Source: an uncultured Bacillota bacterium
GTDB lineage: Bacteria; Bacillota_I; Bacilli_A; RFN20; CAG-826
Direction of reading: 5' to 3'
Length of the DNA stretch: 64,000 bases
NCBI GenBank assembly: GCA_949293555.1
Contig: CASFDV010000003.1
Coordinates: 7,614 to 71,613 of the forward strand
Shown here: positions 1 to 8,887 of the stretch, one piece after another
Layout: each line of letters begins with the position of its first letter
Position numbering within the stretch: the stretch's first letter is position 1
Notes under the pieces: generated by a model
What the model saw: the letters and a program-made list of their open reading frames with translations, nothing else
Told to the model about the DNA's origin: nothing
The model's database searches: none
Position numbers and translations under genes: made by a program

Positions 1-116
1 TAAAGGATCGTCCACTCGCTCTCGTCGATCCCGAGGTGAGTGGAGTAGCGGTCGTATTCGCCATCGACGATGAGGGTCGCGATCGAGTAGCGCCTGATGT
101 ATTCGCTCAGTTCCAT
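1..116 (-). CDS. Partial CDS (N-terminus only, MELSEYIRRYSIATLIVDGEY...) running off the left edge; hypothetical protein
   Basis: ATG is at 114-116 on the minus strand, preceded by a strong RBS (TAAGGAGGACGTGC ATG). The frame stays open to the window edge. Confidence 0.5.
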   Translation of the reverse strand, partial: MELSEYIRRYSIATLIVDGEYDRYSTHLGIDESEWTIL

Positions 117-129
117 GCACGTCCTCCTT

Positions 130-169
130 AATCCGATTTCGGAATATTTATAAATCCGATTTCGGAATA
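130..169. promoter_or_regulatory. Two copies of the 17-bp element AATCCGATTTCGGAATA, each with a 5-2-5 palindrome TCCGA-TT-TCGGA, 23 bp apart, flanking TATTTATAAA; likely operator/promoter of the leftmost gene
   Basis: The repeats sit at 130-146 and 153-169. Each contains a perfect palindrome, and the A/T-rich spacer resembles a -10 box. Confidence 0.5.
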
Positions 170-252
170 AGTCAAATCGAATATGCGCTCCGTGGACGGG
201 GAAGTAGGAGGAAATCTTGGCAATATCTGTATATTGAAGCGCGTTTTGCAGA

Positions 253-981
253 CTATTCAGCGAGATAGATCGTCACTTTCTCATCGCGCTTCCTTTTCAG
301 ATATGCCTTCAAGAACGGGGAGAGATGGAAGGTCAGCGCCTTCTCTGGGCAAGAGGAAACGCAGGCCCCGCAGCGGATGCAGCGCGTCCCGTCGACCATT
401 CCTTTGTGGACCGCATGGAAATGGCAGGCTTTCTCGCAGGCCATGCAGCCAGTGCACCTTCCTATGGGGGCGACCTTGGCGCCGGCCCTCGCCCTCCACT
501 TCGGAAAGAACCAACGCCCGAACGTGTCCTTTTCCTTGGGGAGGACGAGAGGACCGTCCTTCCGGAACGCCCGGAGGATGGCCTCCGCTTCATTAAGAGG
601 CATCTCGTAGTCGTCATGATGGAGGTAGCTGTGGGGCGCGGGGAGATACATCGCACCAACGAGTGGGAGCGAGAGCTTTCTCGCCGCCTCTTCGATCGCG
701 TTCCCGTGCCAGATGCGCCCGAAGGTCAGGGCGATCGCGACCTTCCTTGCCTCCACGTTTTCAAGGAATCGGAAAGCTTCCTCGGGAAGCCGTTCCCCAT
801 GGACGGGCGCGAGGAAGAGGAGATTTTCGTAAACGGACGGGATCCCCGCCAGCCCGCATTCATAAAGAGGCCATCCGGACTTCTTCGCGAGGTGTTCCGC
901 GGCCTTCTTGGTGTTTCCTGTATACGAAAGATAGACGACCGCGTTCAATCCTCTTCCAGGTACGCCTTCATGATCCGGCAT
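253..981 (-). CDS. Flavodoxin-like domain fused to a 2x[4Fe-4S] ferredoxin domain
   Basis: The N-terminus has the VVYLSYTGNTKKAAEHLA flavodoxin signature. The C-terminus has two CxxCxxCxxxCP cluster motifs (CTGCMACEKAC, CIRCGACVSSCP). Confidence 0.7.
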   Translation of the reverse strand: MPDHEGVPGRGLNAVVYLSYTGNTKKAAEHLAKKSGWPLYECGLAGIPSVYENLLFLAPVHGERLPEEAFRFLENVEARKVAIALTFGRIWHGNAIEEAARKLSLPLVGAMYLPAPHSYLHHDDYEMPLNEAEAILRAFRKDGPLVLPKEKDTFGRWFFPKWRARAGAKVAPIGRCTGCMACEKACHFHAVHKGMVDGTRCIRCGACVSSCPEKALTFHLSPFLKAYLKRKRDEKVTIYLAE

Positions 982-2339
982 TCGGGGACCTCCTCGAGCG
1001 AGAAGCCTAGTTCTTCCTTGATCTCGGCGATCGCCTCCTCACGCGAGAGATTCCTTCCCTGGCTTGCGATCGCCATCTCCAGCGCGCTGAAGGGGATCAT
1101 CGTCGAGCGCATCTCATAGAAGCGGATGAACTGGGTATGCTCCTTGCAGCGCTCGATCCTGCAGGATGTGTGGAGGCCTTTCCTCATGCTTTCGGGCGGG
1201 CGGTAGCCGGCTTCCTTCTCCAGCATCTCCATCACCTTCCGCCAGTCGTAGGAGCCTCCCGCGGCCTCGTCGAGGTCGATCTGGACGAAGGAAGGCACTC
1301 TTCCCGTCCAGGAGGAGCGGCGGATCGCCCTTGTCAAAGGCTTCAGGAGGGAGGGGACCTCGTGGATCGCCTCCACGACGTGGGCGACGAGCTCGTTCCG
1401 ATAGCCGGCCATGTTCTTCAGGGGATTGTCCCCGTAGGCGAGCTGCTTCATGGTGAGGAGGGTGTGGAGCCCTCCGTTCCGGAGAGGGGGACGAAGAGTC
1501 AGGACCCTTCCGAGGTTATATAGCAGGAGGAAGACCTTGCTCTTCCAGATGCGGTAGGCGGACTTCGGCGCCATGTGGTTGAAGTAGAGCCCGAGGATCT
1601 GCGCCGGCTCGTTCCCGGCGAGGAAGTAGGGGACCCCTAGCTCGACGAGCTCCGGGTAGAAGAGGACGTAGGCGAGGGAGGGGCATGCGCAGACGTTCTC
1701 GGAAAGCGACATGAGCCTCCGGTATATCTTCCGGAGGTCCTCGTCCAGCATCTTCCGGGAAAGGAACTCCACTTTCGGGAAGATGCGCTTCGCCTCCTCG
1801 ATGCTCTCCTTCGCGCTCCTGGACATGTAGGGGATCTCCCACGTGAGGGCCAGCACCCGGAGGCCCATCTTCTTGGAGAGGAGGTAGAGGAGGTAGGTGC
1901 TGTCCTTCCCTCCCGTGTAGAAGAGAGCGACGTCGAAGCGGGACTTCTCCGCCTTCGGGATCTCATGGACAAGGGGGACGATGGAGCGGAGTTCCTTCGT
2001 CTCCTCCTTCATCTGGCAGATGGGGCAAAGCCCGCGCTCGTCGAACTCCAGTCCCGGGATCATAAAGTCGTTTGCCGCGCAATCCTTGCAAAAACGGGCT
2101 TCTTCAAGTGATTTCGGGATTTTCGGGTTGTCCTTTTCCTCGACGACGACCGTCCCGAGGAGCCTCTTGCCCAGAATCCGTTTTTCCTTCGCCGTCAGTT
2201 CCTTCGGGAGCGAGAGGAGGAGCTCCCGTTGCCTTTTTCCTAGGGGGATGTAGTTATGGAACAGGCTCCACTTGTTCCGGAGCCCGTAGTAGCGGACCCC
2301 TTTTTCCTCGGTCTTCCATCGGGACTTCAGTACGTGCAT
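945..2339 (-). CDS. PP-loop ATP pyrophosphatase, N-acetyl sugar amidotransferase-like
   Basis: An N-terminal CxxC...CxxC zinc ribbon (CKDCAAND...CPICQ) precedes the SGGKDS PP-loop (FYTGGKDSTYLL). The gene overlaps the downstream flavodoxin gene by 37 nt. Confidence 0.55.
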   Translation of the reverse strand: MHVLKSRWKTEEKGVRYYGLRNKWSLFHNYIPLGKRQRELLLSLPKELTAKEKRILGKRLLGTVVVEEKDNPKIPKSLEEARFCKDCAANDFMIPGLEFDERGLCPICQMKEETKELRSIVPLVHEIPKAEKSRFDVALFYTGGKDSTYLLYLLSKKMGLRVLALTWEIPYMSRSAKESIEEAKRIFPKVEFLSRKMLDEDLRKIYRRLMSLSENVCACPSLAYVLFYPELVELGVPYFLAGNEPAQILGLYFNHMAPKSAYRIWKSKVFLLLYNLGRVLTLRPPLRNGGLHTLLTMKQLAYGDNPLKNMAGYRNELVAHVVEAIHEVPSLLKPLTRAIRRSSWTGRVPSFVQIDLDEAAGGSYDWRKVMEMLEKEAGYRPPESMRKGLHTSCRIERCKEHTQFIRFYEMRSTMIPFSALEMAIASQGRNLSREEAIAEIKEELGFSLEEVPECRIMKAYLEED

Positions 2340-2412
2340 GGCTCATTCTAGCTTTCTCTCTTAAGGAAGTAGGAGAAGAAGCCCGCCAGAAGAATGGGTG
2401 AATTTCTACAAA

Positions 2413-2527
2413 CGCCAAATTACCGAATGAAATCGCGCCAAATAACCGAACAAGAGAACGCCAAATTGCCGAACAAACTAACGCCAAATCGCGGAATGAA
2501 ATTGCGCCAAATCCCCGAATGGACTAA
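2413..2527 (+). repeat. Five imperfect direct repeats (period 22-24 bp) with consensus CGCCAAAT-NN-CCGAA(T/C), directly upstream of an AAA-DUF4143 gene
   Basis: Copies start at 2413, 2436, 2459, 2483 and 2505; this is an iteron-like array. Confidence 0.75.
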
Positions 2528-2560
2528 TATCCCAATGGATTTGAGGGGATAACAAACTTT

Positions 2561-3838
2561 ATGGACGGATACAAAACCAGGATAGCGGACACCATTCTCA
2601 ACGATAAGCTGAAAACTCACGGGGCTGTCCTTATCGAGGGAGCGAAGTGGTGCGGGAAGACAACCACTGCGGAGCAAGCCGCCGGATCTTGCCTGTACAT
2701 GGATGATCCGGATCGAAGCCGGCAATACCTGTCCATGGCCAGTTTCGAACCGAGCAGGCTTTTAGAGGGGAATACTCCCCGCTTGATTGACGAATGGCAG
2801 TTGGCGCCTCGCCTTTGGGACGCTGTTCGCTTCGTGGTTGATCACCGCCGCGGGCTGGGGCAATTCATTCTAACGGGTTCTTCCGTGCCGCCCTCTTTCA
2901 GTGAGATCCATCATACGGGCACAGGCCGTTTTTCATGGATGCGCATGAGGCCGATGTCGCTATGGGAATCGTTGGAGTCGACAGGGGAAGTCAGCCTTCG
3001 TTCTTTGTTTGAAGGCTGTGGGCCTATAAGGGGTTCAAGTGAGCTGGACGGAGAGGGTCTTGCCCATCTGGTTTGCCGCGGCGGATGGCCGCTTAGCGTG
3101 GAGATGGAAGGCGAGTCTGCGCTTGAGCAGGCATTTAGCTATCGCGATGCCCTCGTGCGGTCCGACATCTCGCGATTTGACGGCGTTTCCCGTTCTCCAG
3201 AACGTGCAAGGCGTCTTCTTCGATCCTACGCCAGGAGCCAAGGCACGCAGGCATCCCTCTCCTCCATTGTCGAAGACGCCAGGAAAAGCGAGGGCGAATC
3301 CTTTGACGAAGGTACCGCTCGCTCTTACCTAAACGCTCTTGAGGGCGTTTTCGCCATCGAGGAGATGCCGGCTTGGAATCCGAACCTTCGCTCAAAGGCA
3401 GCGATACGCACGTCCAATACTAGATATTTCGTCGACCCATCCATTGCCGCGGCGTCTCTGGAACTAGGCCCAAGGGATCTTCTTGGCGACCTTCGGACCT
3501 TCGGCTTTCTTTTCGAGACCATGGCCGTCCGCGATCTGAGGGTCTACGCCGATTCCCTGGAAGGAAGCGTCTACCATTTCCGGGACAAAAGCGGATTGGA
3601 GTGCGACGCGGTCATTCATTTGCGAAGCGGGCGATACGGTCTTGTCGAAATCAAGCTGGGCGGCGACCCCTCCTTCGTAGAGGAAGGGGCGAAGAACCTC
3701 AATCTTCTTGCCTCGCGCATCGACACGACGCGCATGAAAGCCCCCTCGTTCCGGATGGTGCTCGTAGGAGTCGGGGCTTACGCCTACCAGCGTCCCGACG
3801 GGGTCTATGTCGTGCCGATCGGGTGCTTGAAGGACTGA
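2561..3838 (+). CDS. AAA-family ATPase with C-terminal DUF4143 domain
   Basis: Walker A motif GAKWCGKTTTA; length and C-terminal region are typical of the AAA_14/DUF4143 family. Confidence 0.7.
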   Translation: MDGYKTRIADTILNDKLKTHGAVLIEGAKWCGKTTTAEQAAGSCLYMDDPDRSRQYLSMASFEPSRLLEGNTPRLIDEWQLAPRLWDAVRFVVDHRRGLGQFILTGSSVPPSFSEIHHTGTGRFSWMRMRPMSLWESLESTGEVSLRSLFEGCGPIRGSSELDGEGLAHLVCRGGWPLSVEMEGESALEQAFSYRDALVRSDISRFDGVSRSPERARRLLRSYARSQGTQASLSSIVEDARKSEGESFDEGTARSYLNALEGVFAIEEMPAWNPNLRSKAAIRTSNTRYFVDPSIAAASLELGPRDLLGDLRTFGFLFETMAVRDLRVYADSLEGSVYHFRDKSGLECDAVIHLRSGRYGLVEIKLGGDPSFVEEGAKNLNLLASRIDTTRMKAPSFRMVLVGVGAYAYQRPDGVYVVPIGCLKD

Positions 3839-3978
3839 ATTCCGACTCGCCCTCGCCTTGCAAGGAATTCGCAGCGCTCTACTTCCCATTAGGCTTACCT
3901 GCTTTTCGAGAGCTTTCATTGCGGCAGGCAAGGAAAAAGGGCCGCCCTCCGGCGGCCCTGCCCCTTCCTTGCCTTTGG

Positions 3979-4959
3979 CTAGAAGGTCTTCTCGTATACC
4001 TTCTGGTCGTCCTCGAAGCGCACCTGGTAGGTGGTGGTCCCGTCGGGGTTCTTCGCAAGGGTGAGCCACCCCTCGATCTCTCGTCCGTTCCTCTTCTCCA
4101 CCTCGAAGGAGGCGCCCATGAGCCCGTCCTCGTCGGCGTAGAGGGTGATCTCGAACTCCTCGCCACCGACCTCCCTCTCGAGCCCGAGGGCGAGCTTCCC
4201 GTTCCGGAGGGTCTCGAACTCGTATTCCATCGACTCGACCTCGCGGCCGTTCTCGACGAGGGTGTACTCGTATTCGTTCTCGTTGTCCTCGAGGGACTGC
4301 TCGATCTCGACGTAGTTCCTGGCGTCCAGGGCGATCCTCAGCTCAAGCTCGGTCTCCCATTCGTCGCGTTCCTTCTCCTCGCTCCGCTCGCCGCGGACGG
4401 CGTACTCCACCCCGTCCCGGATGGCGATGCCCTCGATCCTCGTGGTCTTCTCCCACTCGTCATGCTCCTCCTCGATCTCCCGGACGGTTTCGTTCAGGTA
4501 GAGGGAGTAGGTCTCGCTCGTCCCGTCGATGTCGTTGATGGTGACGACCTGGAGGCTCTCGTAGCCTTCCCGGTCGCTCGGGAGGGTCTCGACGCTTCCG
4601 GGGGAGAAGCTGAGGAGCGATCCGAGGGAGTGGGCGGAGAGGAGGATCTCCTCCGCGAGGAGGTCCTTCTCCGTCGGGACGGCCTGGCTTTCCGAGGCGA
4701 TTTCGTCCCCAGGGGCGAGGTCCGGGGCCTTCAGGACTCCCGTGTGGAGGGATTCCGTCCCTCCGATCCCCCCGAGGAGGTCGAGGGAAAGGACGGCCTG
4801 GGCGAGGTAGCCCTTCTCCTCCTCGAGGACGAGCGTCCCGGCTCCGTCCCCCTGGGAGCCGCCCTGGCTCCCTTTGTCCGTTCCTGGGCTCGCGCATCCT
4901 GCGAGGATCCCGGCGGCGAGGAGCATCCCTGCCCCGAGGATGATGGCGTTCTTCTTCAT
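3979..4959 (-). CDS. Acidic lipoprotein, hypothetical
   Basis: Signal peptide with lipobox (ILAGC). The Glu-rich C-terminal domain is paralogous to the anti-sigma ectodomain at 11857-12879. Confidence 0.65.
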   Translation of the reverse strand: MKKNAIILGAGMLLAAGILAGCASPGTDKGSQGGSQGDGAGTLVLEEEKGYLAQAVLSLDLLGGIGGTESLHTGVLKAPDLAPGDEIASESQAVPTEKDLLAEEILLSAHSLGSLLSFSPGSVETLPSDREGYESLQVVTINDIDGTSETYSLYLNETVREIEEEHDEWEKTTRIEGIAIRDGVEYAVRGERSEEKERDEWETELELRIALDARNYVEIEQSLEDNENEYEYTLVENGREVESMEYEFETLRNGKLALGLEREVGGEEFEITLYADEDGLMGASFEVEKRNGREIEGWLTLAKNPDGTTTYQVRFEDDQKVYEKTF

Positions 4960-5142
4960 ATCGGTTTTTCTCCTTCCGAGGCTTTCTTGCCTCTTACGCC
5001 CACCAAACGGGGAAGGGAGGGGATTTATTACTTCTCTGCAAGAAATTTTCGTACGGGAAGCGATCCATCAAAGGTTGAATTCCCCAGAGCATGAAGAAAG
5101 GCGCCGGCCGGGGCCAGCGCCTTCTTGGGAAGAGGGTTCCGC

Positions 5143-7074
5143 CTAGCGGAGCGAGTAGGCGGCGAAGTAGCCGCCCCTGACCGCCTCGGCCACCTGGCCG
5201 ACCTTGACGCAGTCGCCGATGACCTGGGTGGTCGGGTACTTCTCGCAGATCGCGTCGACGAACTCGTTGTTCGGCTTGGTGCCGAAGGCGGCGATGACGA
5301 GGTCGGCCTCGAGCCTGATCTCGCCATCCTTCCCTTCCGCGACGACGCCGGACTTGGTGACTTCCTTGATGGTCGCGGAGGTGATGGCCTTCACGTGGTT
5401 GTCGCGGAGGCGGAACATGAGGGGGTTACGGTTGTCGAGGATCGCCTCGGGGCAAAGCTCCGGCTTCATCTCGACGATGGTGACCTCCTTCCCTTCCATC
5501 GCGAGCTCGAGGGCCATGTCGCAGCCGGAGATGCCTCCGCCGCAGACAACGACCTTCTTGCCGCGGATCTTCTCGGGATGGACGTGCGCGTCGCACACCT
5601 CGACCGCGTTCTCGATGCCCTTGATCTTGGGAAGGTAGGGCGAGGCGCCGGTCGCGAGGATGATGCGGTCGGCTTCCTTCAGTTCCGGAGAATCAGGGGT
5701 GATCGCCGTGTTCATTTTGAAGACCACGCCGGCCTTCTCGCACTGGAGGACCTCCCAGTCGATGAACTCGCGGAGCCTTTTCTTAAAAGAAGGCGCGGAA
5801 GCGGGGACGAACTGGCCGCCGAGGACGTTTGCCCGGTCGTAGAGGGTGACGTGATGCCCTTCCAGGGCGGCCACGCGCGCCGCCTCGAGCCCGCCGGGGC
5901 CGCCGCCGACGATCGCGACCTTGAGGGGCGTCTCGGCCTTGGTGATGCGGTACTCGCCCTCGGCGACCGCCTCGGCGTTGATCGCGCAGCCGATCTTCCG
6001 GTTCTGGTAGAGGCGCTTCACGCACACCTGGTTGCAGACGAGGCAGGGACGGACGTCCTCCCTCCTTCCTTCGAGAAGCTTGTTGGGTAAATCGGGGTCG
6101 GCGATCAGTGGGCGACCCATCATCACGAAATCGCACTTTCCTTCCTCGAGGGCCTTCTCGCCCGACTCGGGGGTGTGGTTCCCGGAGTTGAGGATGATGA
6201 CGTCGCAGGCCTTCTTGATCTCGTAGGCGTAGTCGACCATGCAGCCGTCGCCCTGATAGATGGAGGGGCAGATCCACTGCTTGTCCTCGTAGCAGCCCAC
6301 GTCGATGTCGAAGGCGTCGACGCCGAGGTCCTTCATGTAGTTGACGATGCGGATGGATTCCTCGAGGGTGCGCCCGCCCTTGAAGTCATGGTCGGCGGCC
6401 ATCCTCATGAGGATCGGGTAGTCGGGCCCGACCGCCGCCCTCATCGCCTGGTAGATTTCCTTGACGATGCGCATCCGGTTCTCGAAGGAGCCGCCGTACT
6501 CGTCGGTGCGCTTGTTCCAGGCCGGGGTCATGAACTGGTCGAGGATGTAGCCGCTATGGGCGTGGATCTCGATGGCGTCGGCCTCGGCGACGACCGCCCT
6601 CGCGGCGGCCCTCCCGAAGGCAGCGACGAGCTCGTGGATCTCCTCGAGGGTGAAGGCGCGGCAAAGCTTGTCGGGGAAGTAGAAGGAAGGGACTTCGCTT
6701 GCGCTCACCATCTGGGCGTCGGAGAAGGGGAAGGCGTTCCGCCCGAGCCCGCAGCCGATCTGGAGGCACGCCTTGGCGCCCTCGGAATGGATGGCCTCGA
6801 TGATGTAGGACCAGCCCTTCATCTGGAGGTCGGTGTCAGCGGTGGTGATGTAGTCGATCCATGGGTCGGTCTTGTTGGTGCAGTACTGGGCCTCGATGAG
6901 CACCATCCCGACGCCGCCCCTCGCCCTTCTCCGGTAGTACTCGATCTGGGCGGAGGAGGGGAAGCCGTCGTGGTTCTCCGAGAATGTCCCCATTGGGGAC
7001 ATGACGATGCGGTTCCTGAGGGAAAGGTTCTTGATCTTCCCGCGGGAGAGCAGCTTTTCGAAGTTCGATGCCAT
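5143..7074 (-). CDS. Old Yellow Enzyme-family NADH:flavin oxidoreductase fused to an FAD/NAD(P)-binding oxidoreductase (2,4-dienoyl-CoA reductase-like)
   Basis: An N-terminal TIM-barrel OYE region precedes a CxxC block and a GGGPGG Rossmann motif. Start is taken at MASNF, which has the RBS AAGGAGGAACACCAAAG ATG; the listed ORF has a 24-aa spurious N-terminal extension. Confidence 0.8.
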   Translation of the reverse strand: MASNFEKLLSRGKIKNLSLRNRIVMSPMGTFSENHDGFPSSAQIEYYRRRARGGVGMVLIEAQYCTNKTDPWIDYITTADTDLQMKGWSYIIEAIHSEGAKACLQIGCGLGRNAFPFSDAQMVSASEVPSFYFPDKLCRAFTLEEIHELVAAFGRAAARAVVAEADAIEIHAHSGYILDQFMTPAWNKRTDEYGGSFENRMRIVKEIYQAMRAAVGPDYPILMRMAADHDFKGGRTLEESIRIVNYMKDLGVDAFDIDVGCYEDKQWICPSIYQGDGCMVDYAYEIKKACDVIILNSGNHTPESGEKALEEGKCDFVMMGRPLIADPDLPNKLLEGRREDVRPCLVCNQVCVKRLYQNRKIGCAINAEAVAEGEYRITKAETPLKVAIVGGGPGGLEAARVAALEGHHVTLYDRANVLGGQFVPASAPSFKKRLREFIDWEVLQCEKAGVVFKMNTAITPDSPELKEADRIILATGASPYLPKIKGIENAVEVCDAHVHPEKIRGKKVVVCGGGISGCDMALELAMEGKEVTIVEMKPELCPEAILDNRNPLMFRLRDNHVKAITSATIKEVTKSGVVAEGKDGEIRLEADLVIAAFGTKPNNEFVDAICEKYPTTQVIGDCVKVGQVAEAVRGGYFAAYSLR

Positions 7075-7207
7075 TCTTTGGTGTTCCTCCTTCTGGTCCT
7101 GAACTTGGCCTTTCAAATGGTAGCGCGGCCAAAATAACGAAATCATGGGGTGATTTTATGAATTTCGAACGAAATACAGGGCATAATGCACAATGAGGAG
7201 GAAACCT

Positions 7208-8755
7208 ATGAATCTCCTGGACATCGCAAGGAAGCTCGAGATCCCCGTCCTTTCCTCGGGGAAGGCGGAGGAGAAGGAGTTCTACGGGGTCGACTACTAT
7301 CGCGCCGGGGAGGAGCACGGGGAGAACATCGTTTACCTATCCCAGGAGAGGGTTGATGAGCAAAGCCTATCCCTTGTCTATGGGGAAGGGGTGGATTCCT
7401 CATCCTCTCCCTCCTCCCTGAGCACGTCCCTTCCTCTCGAGGAATGCTTCCGGAGGTTCCACCGCTACTTCCTGAGGCAGGACAGGAAGCTTCTTCTCGT
7501 GAAGCCTTTCGTGAGCCTCTTCTTGAGCGCGAGCGACCACGACATGAAGAAGATCGCCAGGAAGGCCGCCGAGATCCTCGATAACCCCATCATCATCACG
7601 GACGCCGCCTACAAGGTGCTCGCCATCGACGATGCCGGGGCGGAGGTGGACGACCCCATCTTCGAAGAAGGGCTCAGGACGGGCTACTGCTCCTCCTCCT
7701 CGATCGCCCTCTTCGAGAAGGAGAGAGTCACGGAAAAGGTGCTCACGAGCCAGGAGCCCTTCATCCTCTCGACGGGGCTCGCCCGCAAGGTACACCGGAT
7801 CCTCGGGAAGGTCATGATCCACGGGAAGGTCGTCGCCTATCTCGGCGTGCTGGAGAGCAAGCGCCCCTTCGACCAGGAGTCCCTCGGGAACGCCTCCCTC
7901 CTTTGCCAGATCCTCCGCCACGTGTTCGAAAGCGACTCCTCTCTCCTCGGCGGAACGAACATCATCCACGAGTCCATCATCCAGGAGGTCATGCGCGGGG
8001 AGATCGGGAGCCCCCTCGTCCTTTCCGAGCGCCTCAAGTCGGCGAGGTGGAAGGTGAGGACCCACTTCCGTGTGACCGTCGTCCCGACCTTCAACGAGCA
8101 TCGCTCCATCGACAACATCCCCTACCTCATCGCCCGCATCTCGGAAAAGCTCCGGCTCAAGGTGGTGCGCTACGAGAACAACCTTCTTGTGGTCAATAAT
8201 TACGACGATCCCAAGGAATGGCACCGCCAGGTCGCCTTCATCGAGAAGGAGGCGAGGACCCTGAACCTGAAGGTCGGGATTTCAAATGAGTTCTCATCGC
8301 TCCTGGACCTCAGGCATTACTACGAGGAGGCGCTCAAGGCCGTGAGCATCGCCCTCATGATCCAAGCGAAGGACACTACCTTCTACTTCGCGGCCTTCCT
8401 TCCCTACTACCTCATCTCCTGCGTCGACAAGAAGACCCTCCGGGAATGCCGGAACGTCTACTACGAAAGGCTGAGAAGGCACGACGAGAAGCATCGGACC
8501 GAGTACGTGGACACCCTCTACTACTACATCCTCTTCAACTGCAACGCGAACCGCGCCGCGGAAAGGCTCAGCATCCATAGGAACACGCTCGCCCACCGGC
8601 TGGAGAAGATCGTCGAGATCAGCAACATCAACCTCCAGAACGGCATCATTCTCCAGAACTTCGTCCTGTTCGCCCAGATCCAGCATTACCTAGAGAAGGC
8701 TCAGGATGGGGCAAGGGGAATGGGGGCCGCGGGGGATTCCAAGACGATTCTTTAA
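7208..8755 (+). CDS. PucR/CdaR-family transcriptional regulator
   Basis: C-terminal PucR-type helix-turn-helix (AERLSIHRNTLAHRLEKI). Start is placed at the second ATG, which follows a GAGGAGG RBS. Confidence 0.7.
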   Translation: MNLLDIARKLEIPVLSSGKAEEKEFYGVDYYRAGEEHGENIVYLSQERVDEQSLSLVYGEGVDSSSSPSSLSTSLPLEECFRRFHRYFLRQDRKLLLVKPFVSLFLSASDHDMKKIARKAAEILDNPIIITDAAYKVLAIDDAGAEVDDPIFEEGLRTGYCSSSSIALFEKERVTEKVLTSQEPFILSTGLARKVHRILGKVMIHGKVVAYLGVLESKRPFDQESLGNASLLCQILRHVFESDSSLLGGTNIIHESIIQEVMRGEIGSPLVLSERLKSARWKVRTHFRVTVVPTFNEHRSIDNIPYLIARISEKLRLKVVRYENNLLVVNNYDDPKEWHRQVAFIEKEARTLNLKVGISNEFSSLLDLRHYYEEALKAVSIALMIQAKDTTFYFAAFLPYYLISCVDKKTLRECRNVYYERLRRHDEKHRTEYVDTLYYYILFNCNANRAAERLSIHRNTLAHRLEKIVEISNINLQNGIILQNFVLFAQIQHYLEKAQDGARGMGAAGDSKTIL

Positions 8756-8887
8756 GAAACGCCGTGAGATCTCTATTTTCCAGAATCCTGTTTTTTAAGG
8801 TTTGGCATTAGATTTGCAGAGAAAACTAAGTGGTGGCGTACACTCCCAGAAAAGTGAGCCGTCTTCCTTGTTCGCTATAATAGGTCG

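Noticed and set aside
3601-5094. 497-aa ORF on the + strand
   Set aside because: Lies antisense to the lipoprotein gene at 3979-4959. Its composition is Arg/Pro/Gly-rich nonsense typical of high-GC shadow frames.
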